DNA from: Eledone cirrhosa
Lineage: Eukaryota
Direction: 5' to 3'
Assembly: GCA_964016885.1 (NCBI GenBank)
Contig: OZ024754.1
Location: forward strand, 22,010,001 to 22,074,000
Length of the DNA stretch: 64,000 bases
Within the stretch, counting starts at the first letter, position 1, and every line of letters starts with the position of its first letter. The notes under the pieces were generated by a model, which had not been told where the DNA came from, ran no database searches, and saw only the letters and a program-made list of their open reading frames with translations. A program made the position numbers and the translations under genes. This document shows, one piece after another, positions 38,701-51,499 of this stretch.

Positions 38701-39265
38701 TGGAGAGTTGTTTAAAGGAAAACGACCGCCACATAAACCAAAAAAGAGGTATAAGGATTCCTTGAAAGCCTCTCTGAAATACGCTAACATCTCTGCTGAT
38801 ATATGGGAAAATATTGCTGCTGATCGTAATAAATTGAGAAAGACTGTATATGAGGGAAAAGTTGCCTTTGAGGCATCTCGAATCGCATACGAGAAAGTAA
38901 AGCGGGATGTGAGGAAGGGCATTGCTGTTGCACTTCCAGACGGCGAAGGTCCTCCTATGGTGCTGACATGCAGCGTATGTGCGAGACTCTGCCTAAGCAA
39001 AGCTGGACTCGAAAGTCATCTTCGCAGTCATAAAGTAAGACCAGTGGTTGACTACCAGGCTGCTGTTGGAGATGCTACTCATCATGCTTGCCAAACAAGT
39101 GGTAGAGAATGTAAATCAGCAGGAGGGCTCAAGCGACATGCAAAAGTACACGAACTCCAACCACAGCCGACTATTCCCAGTGAATGTTTTGGTTGCCGAC
39201 TCTGTGCAAGACATTTTAGATCATTGGCTGGGCTAAAAAGCCACATTCGATCGCAGCGCTGTTAG
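35720..39265 (+). pseudogene. RTE EN-RT ORF with a single in-frame TGA (37184-37186) and three C-terminal C2H2-like fingers
   Basis: WNVRTL, LSETR, GDFNARVG, WTDH; FVDLTKAFDTV, GVKQG, LYADD; the two listed ORFs share a frame (RW*EHF). Confidence 0.9.
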
Positions 39266-39456
39266 TTGCTATCGTGTGTGTGTGTGTGTATAGATATGCT
39301 TATGTGTGTGTGCGTGTGTGTGTATATATATATGTATATGTATATTATTATTGTTGTTGTCGTTATTATTATTGTTGTTATTATTATTATTATTATTATT
39401 GTTATTAATGTATGTGTGTGTGTATATGTGTGTGTGAGTGTGTGTGTGTATATGTG

Positions 39457-39487
<31 letters not shown>

Positions 39488-39517
39488 CTTTTTTTTTAAT
39501 TATTTTTATTTTATTTT

Positions 39518-39577
<60 letters not shown>

Positions 39578-39584
39578 TTCTTCT

Positions 39585-39767
39585 TTTTTTTTCTCCTCGT
39601 GCAATGGCCATACTCGATAACGAGGGGGCAGCCATCATATATATATATATATATGTATATATCATTTTTTCATCATTTTTTTGATGAAAAAATGATATAT
39701 ACATATATATATATATATATGATGGCTGCCCCCTCGTTATCGAGTATGGCCATTGCACGAGGAGAAA

Positions 39768-39775
<8 letters not shown>
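39585..39775. repeat. Long fold-back palindrome (~90-bp arms) of the RTE 3' terminus plus flank
   Basis: TCTCCTCGTGCAATGGCC...TTTTTTCATC is mirrored by GATGAAAAAA...GGCCATTGCACGAGGAGA around ~39678. Confidence 0.9.
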
Positions 39776-39832
<57 letters not shown>

Positions 39833-39847
39833 TATATATGAGAATAG

Positions 39848-39929
39848 ACTCCCTGATGACGCAATGAATTCTCGACAGTTGGATTATGTAACTGTCTTTA
39901 TCCCATTGCAGAAACTAATTAGTTGGAGT
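39848..39929 (+). ncRNA. Type I hammerhead ribozyme (family B)
   Basis: ACTCC-CTGATGA-C GCAATG..GACAGTT/AACTGTC..CATTGC A-GAAA-CTAATTAG-TT-GGAGT. Confidence 0.85.
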
Positions 39930-40401
39930 GAAAATTTAAGTAAGTAAGTAAAAAAATTTTTAAAAATTTTTTTAAAAAATATTTTCTTATTTTACGTCTT
40001 TTATATTATTGTTCTGCACCCTCCTGCATTGAACCACCTAGGTACTATGACATAACCTGTGTATTTGCTGGCATGGACGTGCATCTGTGCGCCTATGTTA
40101 GTTGATATATTAAATTATCTATATTTATCTCCAAATCACTGATTTGTCGAGCAAACCTGCCAAAACCACTTCAAAATTTTTTTTGGGGTGTTAGTAGGCG
40201 TCAGTCATCTTACCATCCCATTCCTTCTAACTAGCCTCTATGTCACGTGATTGATTCTTTAGAATCGGCCATTTGACTGGAAGCAGTGAGAATTTCAGTA
40301 CATAGAATCCAGTCCTCGCCTAGCTGTTCTTTCTACCGAATTATTATTTTTATATGAGCCGCCAGTGTCCGCGCATTGCCTGGAGGCTCAGCTGAGAATA
40401 G

Positions 40402-40483
40402 ACTCCCTGATGACGCAATGAATTCTCGACAGTTGGATTATGTAACTGTCTTTATCCCATTGCAGAAACTAATTAGTTGGAGT
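40402..40483 (+). ncRNA. Type I hammerhead ribozyme (family B, second copy)
   Basis: Identical to 39848-39929. Confidence 0.85.
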
Positions 40484-40555
40484 GAAAATTTAAGTAAGTA
40501 AGTAAAAAAATTTTAAAAAATTTTTTTAAAAAATATTTTCTTATTTTACGTCTTT

Positions 40556-40642
<87 letters not shown>

Positions 40643-40689
40643 ATATACATATATGTATGTATATATATATATATATATGTATATATATG

Positions 40690-40720
<31 letters not shown>

Positions 40721-40805
40721 GTATATATATACATATATGTATATATATGTATATATATATATATGTATATATATACATATATGTATATATATGTATATAT
40801 ATATG

Positions 40806-40852
<47 letters not shown>

Positions 40853-41793
40853 ATATATATATGTATGTATATTGGAAAATGTGTGTAATCCTTGGTACAG
40901 TTAGGTATATTAAGACAGGGGGAAGAAAAAATGGCTTCACTTGTGCTTTCAACAAATTTATTTTCTTCACAAAATCCCAAAAGAATTTTTCTTAAAAAAA
41001 ATTATTTTATAAATTAAGTTGTTGGTTGTTGGTTAGGTCTTAGGAGTTCTTGTTTAACGTAGGAGGTATTGTTTCGTTTTTAGAAAAACTTTTCACGCTG
41101 AGGTGCGCTTGTCAAACTGATGTGTATGTGGTGTGTTGTTCTATATATAGGGATTTAACATGTCTGTGGTGTGGTGGGGGTTTCTTTTCTCCCCCTTTAA
41201 TAAGTGCATGGGTGTAGGTGTGTTGAAAAAGTGTTCATAGCAGTAATGAGTTGAGACGGTGAGTAGGGTTGGGTGGGGAGAAATGTAGCAAGTGCGGCCT
41301 GCCCCGGTCATTCTCGAAAAATTCCTTTATTCAGGGGAAAAAGCTTTTAGCATTGCTTTTGTGTTGAGAATGGTCACAGGCAAATCGCACCTGTCAAGTT
41401 TGTGAATAATTATTTTTTTCTTCTTTTTTTTCCCTGAAGAATTTTTCTACGTCCATCCCAAAGTTAGTCCTTCGTTCAACACACACATATGTGCGCATAT
41501 ACGTACATACACACACGGGCATATGTAGAAATATATAGGCACACACCATCAATCACACACCCATGCACAAATACATCCACATACATACACAAAAACATAT
41601 AGAGACACATATAAAAACACACATATACATACGTACACACACGAATATGTACTCATACCTCCACATGGGTATATATATATATATATACATACACATACAC
41701 ATATACATATATATATATACACATATATATACATACATATACACATACACACACATACACACACACATATATATATATACACACACATATATA

Positions 41794-43879
41794 TCATCAT
41801 CATCATCATCATCAACGTTTAACGTCCGTGTTCCACGCTTGCATGGGTTTGGACGGGGGTAGTCCCACTTGAGGCAAGAGTGATTGTCTTGCTCGCATAG
41901 GACTGTCTGGCAGGTTTTCTACAGTTGGATGCCCTTCCTAACACCAACCACATTTACAGTGTGGGTCTGGGAGGTTTTTACCGTGTTGCCTACACGGCCA
42001 CATTACAGCGTGGACTGTGTGTTTTTTTGTCGTGACACCTACACGATCTCATTTGTTTCGGCCTCGATGGCGCGGCACCAACATAACTTTACATAGAACG
42101 GGGTGGTGTGGATCGGGTGGGGGTGGTGGGACGGGGTGTATTTGTTAGAGATGCCTACTGGCTGGAGTAGGTTTTACTATATATTTAGGTAAGGCGGGTC
42201 TTCTCTGTTACTGAGTACCGCCAAAGGTCTCGGTCCAGTGACATTGTCTTGGAGAGGTGTAAGTGTGTGATGTCGGAGTTTATCAGCTCGTCCCAGGTTT
42301 TTCTAGGTCTGCCTATTCCGTGACTACCGTCTATCTTTATTGCCCTGCACTTTGTTATACAGCTATCGACTTTCATGCGCATCACGTGTCCATACCAACG
42401 TAGCCTTCTCTCGAGTAAACAACATCTGATCCCTCTTATCTCTAATTTATTCCTTAGTTCGTTTATGCTTTGCCGTTCACGTATATTACTGTTACACATC
42501 CAGCGGAGCATGCAAGCTTCGTTCCTCTCTAGTCTGCGTATATCCTCTGCACACAATGCCCAGGTCTCACTGCCATGCAGCATTGCTGTTCGTATGCAGG
42601 CATCGTACAACCTGCCTTTCATTTTTAGTGAGAACCCTTTAGCAGCTAATAGTGGTATAAGCTCTCTGAACTTTTTCCAACCAGTTCTGACTCTAGCTAC
42701 AGTACTTTCAGAGCACCCTCCCCCACTGCTGATTTTATCGCCCAGGTAACGGAAGCTGTCCACTATTTCTATAGAACCCTCTGCGCAATTGAAAGAGCTA
42801 GTAGTTTGTGGGCACTTGCTGCTACTTATTGCACCAGAGCACCGGCCACATGTAAAATCTATGTTCTTAGTTAGCCTACCTGTGATCCCACTACATCTTT
42901 TATGCACCCATACTTTGCATTTAGGACATAAAATGGAGTTTCTACCTACGCCTTTCCTACACACCGAGCACGACCATTTCCCAGAAGGGACCGCCGCCTT
43001 GTTTTCTTTCCTACAAACTAGTACTTTGGTCTTAGCCAGGTTAATTTTAAGTCCTTTTGACTCTAGGCCGTGCTTCCATGTTTGGAATTTCTTCTCTAGC
43101 TCGGCCATTGATTCCGCTATGAGTGTCAGGTCGTCTGCGTATAGGAGTTCCCATGGGCAGCCTGTCTTGAACTCCTCTGTTATGGCCTGAAGGGCAATAA
43201 TAAATAGTAGTGGACTGAGAACAGAGCCCTGATGGACGCCGACTTTTACGCTAAACTCTTCACTATATTCGTTGTTAATTCTAACCTTGCTGACTGTTTC
43301 TTTATACATGGCTTGTATAGCCCTCACAAGCCATTCGTCAACGCCTAGTTTTCTAAGAGCCCACCAGATAATGGAGCGGGGGACTCTGTCGAAGGCTTTC
43401 TCCAAGTCGACAAAAGCTAAGTAGAGGGGTTTACCTTTAGCTAGGTACTTCTCTTGTAGTTGTCGTACTATGAAAAGAGCGTCTGTGGTACTTTTGCCTG
43501 ACACAAACCCGAACTGCATTTCATCTAGGTCAATTCTCTCTCTGATTAGTTGCGCTATTACTCTTTCCGTGACCTTCATGACCTGGTCGATTAATTTAAT
43601 GCCTCTATAGTTACTCCTATCTAGGGCGTCTCCTTTACCCTTATAACAGTTAACGATGATGCTGCTATGCCAGTCCTTCGGAACAACCCCGTTTTGTACG
43701 ACTTGGTTAACTATGCGGGTGACCATGGTGTGTCCCACCGTGCCAGATGCCTTCAGCATCTCAGCAACTATTTCCGAAGGCCCAGCCGCCTTACCAGTCT
43801 TCATATCCTTGATTGCCTTACTTATTATACTCCCCTCGACTAACACTGCTGGTCCCTCTATTGGGTCGATATGGGGGAG
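41794..43879 (-). mobile_element. RTE-clade LINE, 5'-truncated, nearly identical to 1-1868
   Basis: Open ORF 42185..~43877; one visible aa change (GKL vs GRL); (ATG)n tail. Confidence 0.93.
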
Positions 43880-44118
43880 ACATATACATATATACATACA
43901 TATACATACATACACACACATAAAAATACATAACTAAATATACATATATACACATACACACACACACACACGCACGTGTATACACACACACATATACATA
44001 TGTCCGCATATATACCCCTCCGTTCACACATACATGCATACACACACACACATACACACATACATCTATATATATATACACATATAAAGAGAGAGGCATA
44101 CACACACACACATACACA

Positions 44119-44395
44119 TACTTTCAGATATTCAATCATCTGACAGGAAGGTACACGATGCTGACGATAGCTAATAAGCTTGAAACTAGTACATCGTTCC
44201 TGTGTCAATGTTGAACAAAAAGGTAACGGTGGTTGCTAGACACTGTACGGCGTAATTCGGGCTGTTTGTTTACAAACAAACCGAACATTATAATAAATGT
44301 TCGGTAAACCCATACGTACATATATATATATATGTGTGCATGTATGTATATATAAATACATACTACTGTACGTCTGTATACATATATGTATGTAT
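44119..44395 (+). mobile_element. Family A partial copy with intact HHR at 44155-44197
   Basis: ACGATG-CTGACGA-TAGCT AATA AGCTT-GAAA-CTAG-TA-CATCGT. Confidence 0.85.
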
Positions 44396-44792
44396 ATATA
44401 CATATATTTATATATACATATATTTATATATACTTATATGTATATATACATATATGTGCATATATATATATATGTATATATACATATATAAATAAATGTA
44501 TATATATAAATATATATATATATATGCGGGTGTATGCGGGTGCTCATGCTTATGCATATACTTGTATGTAGCTGTATGTTAACGGAACCCTGCCCAACTG
44601 TGAGTGATAACATTTCTTATTTTTCATTCTTATTTTTATTTTTATTCTTATTTTTATGTTTACTTTTATTTTACTCTTTTCTTATTTTACTCCTTTTACT
44701 TTACTCTTTAAACTCCTCCCAACTTATGGTATCCCCACATATATTCTTGTTTTGGCTTTGTCAATGCTTGTATACTATGTATTTACTCTTTA

Positions 44793-44838
44793 TGCTCTGA
44801 AGAGTCCCACTTCTAGTGTGGACGAAACACTGTTAGCA
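44793..44838 (+). ncRNA. Type I hammerhead ribozyme (orphan pLTR-like fragment ~44560-44968)
   Basis: TGCT-CTGAAGA-GTCC CACT TCT AGTG T GGAC-GAAA-CACTG-TT-AGCA. Confidence 0.8.
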
Positions 44839-44983
44839 ATTAAAGATATACCTATGTTCTAAGCGCTCTTTGTTGTTAATTGTATTACGGCTCTGTCCTC
44901 TGACATTGAGTAACCATATACTGCCTATTTGATAAGTGGAGTGTTACACACTCCCAATTCTCTCCCTTATATATATATATATG

Positions 44984-45046
<63 letters not shown>

Positions 45047-45125
45047 GTATATATATATGTATATATATATGTATATATATATGTATATATATATGTATAT
45101 ATATATGTATATATATATGTATATA

Positions 45126-45158
<33 letters not shown>

Positions 45159-45205
45159 GGATATATATATATATTGATATATATGGATATATATATATAT
45201 ATATG

Positions 45206-45240
<35 letters not shown>

Positions 45241-45261
45241 GGATATATATGGTTATATATG

Positions 45262-45297
<36 letters not shown>

Positions 45298-45579
45298 TAT
45301 GGATATGTATATATATATGTATATATATATATATATGTATATATATATGGATATATATGTATATGTATATATATATGGATATATATGTATGTATATATAT
45401 ATATATGGATATATATATATATGGATATATATATATGTGTATATATATATAGGTATATATATATATATGGATATATATAAGCAAGATGTATGTTAGGTGT
45501 AGGTCGTACGTAAATCGCGATGATCACGCCTGACCTACCAAATATGCGACGGTAGCTAGTTAAGCTCTATGCGTATAAG

Positions 45580-48500
45580 CAGAGCAGAAATATTAAGGAA
45601 AAAGAACAAAGGAACTTTTATGACAATATAACAAGTTTATTGCCGACAGCCGTTTCGTCCGACCATATGGTGGGTATTTTCAAGGCATATAACAGATAAT
45701 TGTAAGTTCATTATTTTCATCAACGTTTCACTCAAGATTAGCAGTTTGAAATCGTGGTATACATCAACAGCTCAGCTTGTATATTTGGGGTCTATATTCT
45801 AAGGGGGCTCTTTTATATTAGTTGTAGGAGTTGTAAAAGGGATGGGTTATAGGGAATTAAGAGAATTTGAAAAGGGCCTAAAAGTTAGGGATTGAAGGTT
45901 AAAAATTAAAGAATTTATAAGTTACGCACTAAAAGTAAAAGACTTGGGATCTTTTCTAAGAAATTCCCTTAAAAAATTTAAGAAAATTTACGAAGATTTA
46001 ATAATCCCTACGAAAGTTCTAAACTCAAAAATTAAAAATTGAAAATTAAAAATTAGGGAAAATAACTTTCAATAAGATTTAAGAGGTTAATAGAGTTAAT
46101 GATTTAGGGAATCCATAATATAAAGATTAAGATTTAAGTTAGGATTTGAAGTTTAAGAGTTCCAAACCCAGAAATTAAAAAATTTAATGAATTTAAGATT
46201 AAGCAATCTTATATATCCAAGATTAAAAATTAAAGATTAAGAGGTTGAACATTAAATTTAATTTAAAAAATTAAGAAATAAATAGTTGAAAGAAATTAAT
46301 CAATTAAAGGTTAATTCAAAAAGCCTTCAAAAAATCCCTCAGAAAAGGCCCCTTTAATATTTTTAATAAAAACCTCTTCCGAAAGACCCTTCAAAGAATT
46401 AAAATTTTAGAGAACCTTTAAAAATATATATAAAAATGAGTTGAGGAAAATTACAAATTAAAAATTACGGGATTTGGGAGATCCGAGGAATTTCCAAAGG
46501 GTTGCTTCAACAGATACAACAACTTAGGTATAATAAATAAAGTAATTTAAGTAATCTAATTAAGGAGCAATTCAAAGAGCTTATCAAGTTGGGCTCGAAG
46601 ATTAAAGAAAATGATAAGTAAGAAAATATATAATCAAAAAAACAATAATTATAAAATGTATTTTTAAGAAGGTATTAAATAGCTTAAGTAATCTAATAAT
46701 GTATTATCAAAAAATTATTAATATAGGATTAACAAAGATATACTAGTATATTCCTGCCTAATTAACAAACAATCAATAAACAATTAACAGTCAAGCAAAT
46801 TTACTCAGAGATATCCCACACACGGATACTTTACACACATACAGCAAGATGAACAATACAGGTGACCTTGTAGGTGTGATATCCATTGTGCGCATGCAAT
46901 CATCTGCATAGCTCCAGGCACAGTTGGTCTTGTTGAAACGTTCCGAGTTTAATGAATCAACTGGGATTCACTATCAGCTGTGTGCACTCTCTGGGAGATG
47001 GACCTGCAGATCAAACATCTAGTGGTCGCAGGGTGTGGTCCGTTCGATCTTTTCCATGTAGTTTCGGTCGTGCCAGTTATTAAGCAATGCGTGGGATCGC
47101 ACGCGTTTGCGATAGATCAGCCTGCCGGTTCTAAATCCAAGGTTTTGCTGTATAGGATGTATTGGTGTACATGATATATTGGTAAAAAAGTCCAGTATGG
47201 ACTTGACTGGGGTGGTATATTGCGTCTCTCGCTATTATCCCCTCCTCTCACCAATTCCAAGTTCACACGCGACTGGTCAAATGCTAAGGGCTGTCCCCTC
47301 TTTGTTTGTTGTAGGGGTCGGTTCTTGCTTAGATGGTGGTCGTGTTATCCATGTTGCTTCTATATCCTGTCAGTCACGTATATTCAAGACAGATCACGGT
47401 ATATATGCAGATATTTGCGGGTATGGTCCGGCGTCTACGCTATCCAAAGGATCTCTCTTGTGGTATTTTCAAATTCGCATGTCATCTCCCGGTTAAGTCT
47501 GCGCATGCTTCCGTGAATCCCGTGCATGGAATATTGGGGTATCATATTACACGGGGTGACTAGCAGAAAATACATACTCCATGCTAGCGCGCACGCGCAG
47601 GCCTGTGGCTACGACCATGTCCAGTCTCGGGTAGTAGCTGACAGCAGGTAGACCAGCAAGACACACCCCAGTTCAAGGGGCACAACCCCTAACTTATCGA
47701 GTGGTCAGACATCAAGGGAGTCAACTCTCCAAACCCATTATGTCAATCGTGGTAATATACAAAAAAATCCTTATTAATAAATAAAGAACTAACTAAAAAA
47801 AAACCCTATTAATAAAGAAATAGCTAAAAAAAAATGAATGGGAAAGAATGGAGAGGGGGAGCAATTGGGGCGGGGGTTTACTAGGAGGGGGGGGGGGGTG
47901 ATTGGTTACAGGCAGGGAACGGCCGCCACATTGGGTGCTCCGCTACTGTTCCCTTGGGCAAATTCCCGAATTTGTTGATATGTATCCCCGACAGTACATC
48001 CTCAGACCAGGCAGCGTGGGTCCAGGCACTCGCAATATCCCACACTGCAGGCATCAGCGGCCCCCAGAGCGCCCAGTAACAATGCTGCCACCAATCCCAC
48101 TTTGGCAAGTGGGACACAGGATCGACTGTTCCTCACCAGAGTCCCCATCGGCAAGTGGGGAGCCGAGGCATCAATGGGGCCGGGGTTACCCAAGAGCACC
48201 CTATTCGCCAGCGAGGCAGCCATGTGCGAGACAGGGTGGGGTCAGGGTTAGGTGTCTGGTCTGAAGAAAAAGAAAGAGCTAAGTATAGTATGGGGGCAGG
48301 ACGAGAGGATTTCTGACCTCCTGTTGAGCAAGTTAAGTCCTGAGAATACTATGGCATGAGATTCAGTTAGGCACAGGCTACAAAACCTGCTCAACGAGCT
48401 ATATGGAGGAGCTTTAGTAAGGCATCTCCAGCTTAGTGTGTAGGGGGTTTTTGCTTGTTTTAAGTTATGTATGTGTCCCGCTAACGACGTGGTATTTTTA

Positions 48501-48878
48501 AGCTTCTCATTTCGGAAGCTATTCTGGTGGGCGTTGAATCTCGTCTTGAACTGGTTAGCGGTTGCCCCCACATACGTCTTAGTATACGTGTCTGTGGTTA
48601 CGTTACAAGCATATACTACGTTATTAATAAGGCAGTGTCCAGCTAGTAGGCATTTGTCCTTCCGTCGGCAATTACACTTCCTAATAGGGTCATGCTCCTC
48701 AATCAGGGGTGCATGTCCCTCCAAGCGGCCGCGGGGCTGCCTAGTGGGACCGGGTCTATTACATGTTATCCCCCTGGGTCTTTCTCTCAGTGGGTCGGTC
48801 CCATGTTGTCGTGTGTACTGGCGTGGTTCACTATTTCGGATGGCCTTAAGTCCCTCTTTAATCTTACTCTTAGCTTGG
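45580..48878 (-). mobile_element. PLE (Naiad-type) 3' fragment: GIY-YIG ORF 48248-48724 plus a presumed ~2.6-kb 3' UTR ending in an HHR
   Basis: CNCRR..CL..VVYAC..YVGAT..CSLCLTE. Linkage to the distal HHR is inferred from the same strand and the absence of an intervening (TA)n. Confidence 0.65.
45637..45692 (-). ncRNA. Variant HHR with U3-A8 core
   Basis: TTATATGCC-TTGAAAA-TACC CACCATATGGT CGGAC-GAAA-CGGCTG-TC-GGCAATAA. Confidence 0.65.
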
Positions 48879-48895
48879 ATATATATATATATGTG

Positions 48896-48927
<32 letters not shown>

Positions 48928-48934
48928 TATGTAA

Positions 48935-49687
48935 TTATGTACACGTACATACATATATGTATACAGACGTACAGTAGTATGTATATGCATACATACATGC
49001 ACACCTATATATATGTACGTATGGGTTTACCGAACATTTATTATAATGTTCGGTGTGTTTCTAAACAAACAGCCCGAATTATTAGCTGTACAATTATTAA
49101 CATTATAATAAATGTTCGGAAAACCCATACGTACATATATATATGTGTGCATGTATATACATACTACTGTACGTCCGTATACATATATGTATATACGTGT
49201 ACATACTTATATTTAGGTATCAGCCGTACTAAGAGTGAGAAATGAAATTTCATTTTTTCCATTTATCATTCACGGTACGCCCGGCCGACTAACTCACTCG
49301 ATATGCAAATTAGGCTACTCAGCCGTTAATATGCATAAGGAAAGTATATACTTTCAAACGTTCACTCATCTAACAGGAAGGTATACGGTGTTGATGACAG
49401 CTAATAAGCTAGAAACTAGATCATCGTTCCTTTGTCAGTGTTGAACAAAATGGCAACGATGGTTGCCGAACTCTGTACGGCTTAATTCGGGCTGTTTGTT
49501 TACAAACAAACCGAACATTATAATAAATGTTCGGTAAACCCATACGTACATATATATATGTGTGCATGTATGTATATATATACATACAACTGTACGTCTG
49601 TATACATATATGTATGTACGTATACATACTTGCATTTAAGTATCAGCCGTACGAAGAGTGAGAAATGAAATTTCATTTTTTTCATCT
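48935..49687 (+). mobile_element. Family A partial tandem with inverted 5' segment (48935-49082); HHR degenerate
   Basis: The TACTAAGAGTGAGAAATGAAATTTC segment occurs twice (~49227, ~49650). HHR at 49385-49427 has a TTGATGA core and GAAACTAGAT. Confidence 0.82.
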
Positions 49688-50233
49688 ATATTTCATTCGT
49701 CGGACAATGGCCCGTTGATAAAGTTATTCCGGTCCCTCTTCTCCCTAGAAGTCTTATATATTTTTATGTGGGCTGATAGGGGACGGATTAAGGAATAGCA
49801 GAAACCCAAGAAGCTAGATTTACCACCTGTCTAGTGGATCCGGGTAAGCTTTTTACATTCATATGATTTATTGATTTATTGATATTTTATCTGAGTGACC
49901 CGAATCTTCTTGGTCGTAATTTTTCGGCTGCACGGGTGATTTTAGGCATAATCTTTGTGTGTTGGTATCTTAACGATAGTTATAGCTCTGATTTATCTGA
50001 ATTATTGAGCCCTCTGCCACTCATGTCGGATTTTGTTTATCGTAAATTCGTGAGCTGATTTTTCGATACTCGATTATTCTATTATATATGTATGTATACA
50101 TATATATATATGTGTATGTGTATATATATGTATGTACATATACATGTATGTATATATATATGTGTATATGTATATATATGTATATATATATATATATGTA
50201 TATATATGTGTATATATATGTATATATATATAA

Positions 50234-50388
50234 GTATGTACACGTACATACATATATGTATACAGACGTACAGTAGTATGTATATATATATATACATACA
50301 TGCACACATATATATATGTACGTATGGATTCACCGAACATTTATTATAATGTGTACATACTTATATTTAAGTAACAGCCGTACTAAGA
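50234..50388 (-). mobile_element. Family A small rearranged fragment
   Basis: CAGACGTACAGTAG..GGATTCACCGAACATTTATTATAATG, then inverted GTGTACATACTTATATTTAAGTAACAGCCGTACTAAG. Confidence 0.75.
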
Positions 50389-51499
50389 CTATATTTTTAA
50401 TATATACTAATATTACCATTAGAGAAATTTTGTAAACATATTTTTTTGACGTTATATTTTTTTCTTCCTTGAATCTCTTCTTTCTTCTCTCCTTCCGTGC
50501 TCGGATTAAATCTATTATTTACTTTTTCCTATTACAATATATGGAAACAAACTTGGACCCTAATTAATTCCTCTAAGTTCATAATCCATTTAACCTTATC
50601 TTCATTCACCTTATCTTCTTAATATATTTTATTTTAATAATATATTTTAATAAATTCCTTTTCGCACATATTATTAAACCCTTCAATATATAAACCTTAA
50701 ATAAATAGTATTCTTAGTTCCTTTTTCTTTAATCATAAGCAGCACCATTCATAAACCTCATTAACTTTTAATTTATAAATTTTAAAAAATTATGTATTAT
50801 CTTAAAACGGTTTTTTTAAATTTTTCTCTGTGAGAGTGTTTCTCAGTATTAAAGGTTATCTCTCTCTCTCACTCATTTTCTCCTCCTCTCTCATCCTTCC
50901 TTCTTATGCTCCTCCTCCGTTTTATTTCTAAATTTATAGATACATTTATAAATAGGCAGTTCGCTGACACCGCTAAATACTGACCTCTTCTCCCCCCCCC
51001 CCCCACCTACTTTCTGTATCTGGATCTAAATATGTGTGGCAGTGTTTATGTGCGCGCATTAATGTCCATATGCTTATGATAATAGTATATACACATATAT
51101 GTGTGTGGGGGTGTGTGTGTGTATGTATGTTCGTGGTTGTGTGTATGTTTATGCGTATACGCGCGTGTGTGTGTGAATGTACGTATATGTGTGAGTATAT
51201 GAATGTGTGTATATATTTATTTTTTTATTTTTATATTTATATGTCTATATGAGTATACGTATTTTATCTGTAGATTATAAACATACAGAGACATTAGCCT
51301 TGAATTTTTGTATTTACATACATCTTTTCGGCATGCGTATACATGTGAACATATATTTTTATGCATATCTGTGAACGAAGTTACTTACATATATACACAC
51401 ACCTAACTGTATAAATTTTTGTGTTTTCATTGGTCAATTTGAACTCTGTTCCCAAACAGACCTGTAATTTTGAATTGTTGTTATTATCAATAAATATAT

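Larger units (their letters stand above)
29521..39640 (+). mobile_element. Full-length RTE (BovB-like) LINE interrupted in its 5' UTR by an L1/Tx1 insertion
   Basis: 5' UTR at 29521-29836 (TAGGAGAAGG motif, shared with the 19093 element); ORF 35720-39265; 3' end GGCAGCCATCAT followed by (TA)n. Confidence 0.8.
39839..40557 (+). mobile_element. Family B non-coding HHR element: ~165-bp direct repeats, 554-bp period
   Basis: 39839-40003 recurs at 40393-40557; no ORF; flanked by (TA)n. Confidence 0.85.

Noticed and set aside
41330-41460. CTGAAGA near 41434 with an inverted repeat, as a possible HHR
   Set aside because: No downstream stem II-GAAA-stem III arrangement could be built.
49385-49427. 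Family A HHR as a U3-A8 variant
   Set aside because: The core is TTGATGA (U3-G8) and the cleavage triplet is altered. It is simply degenerate.
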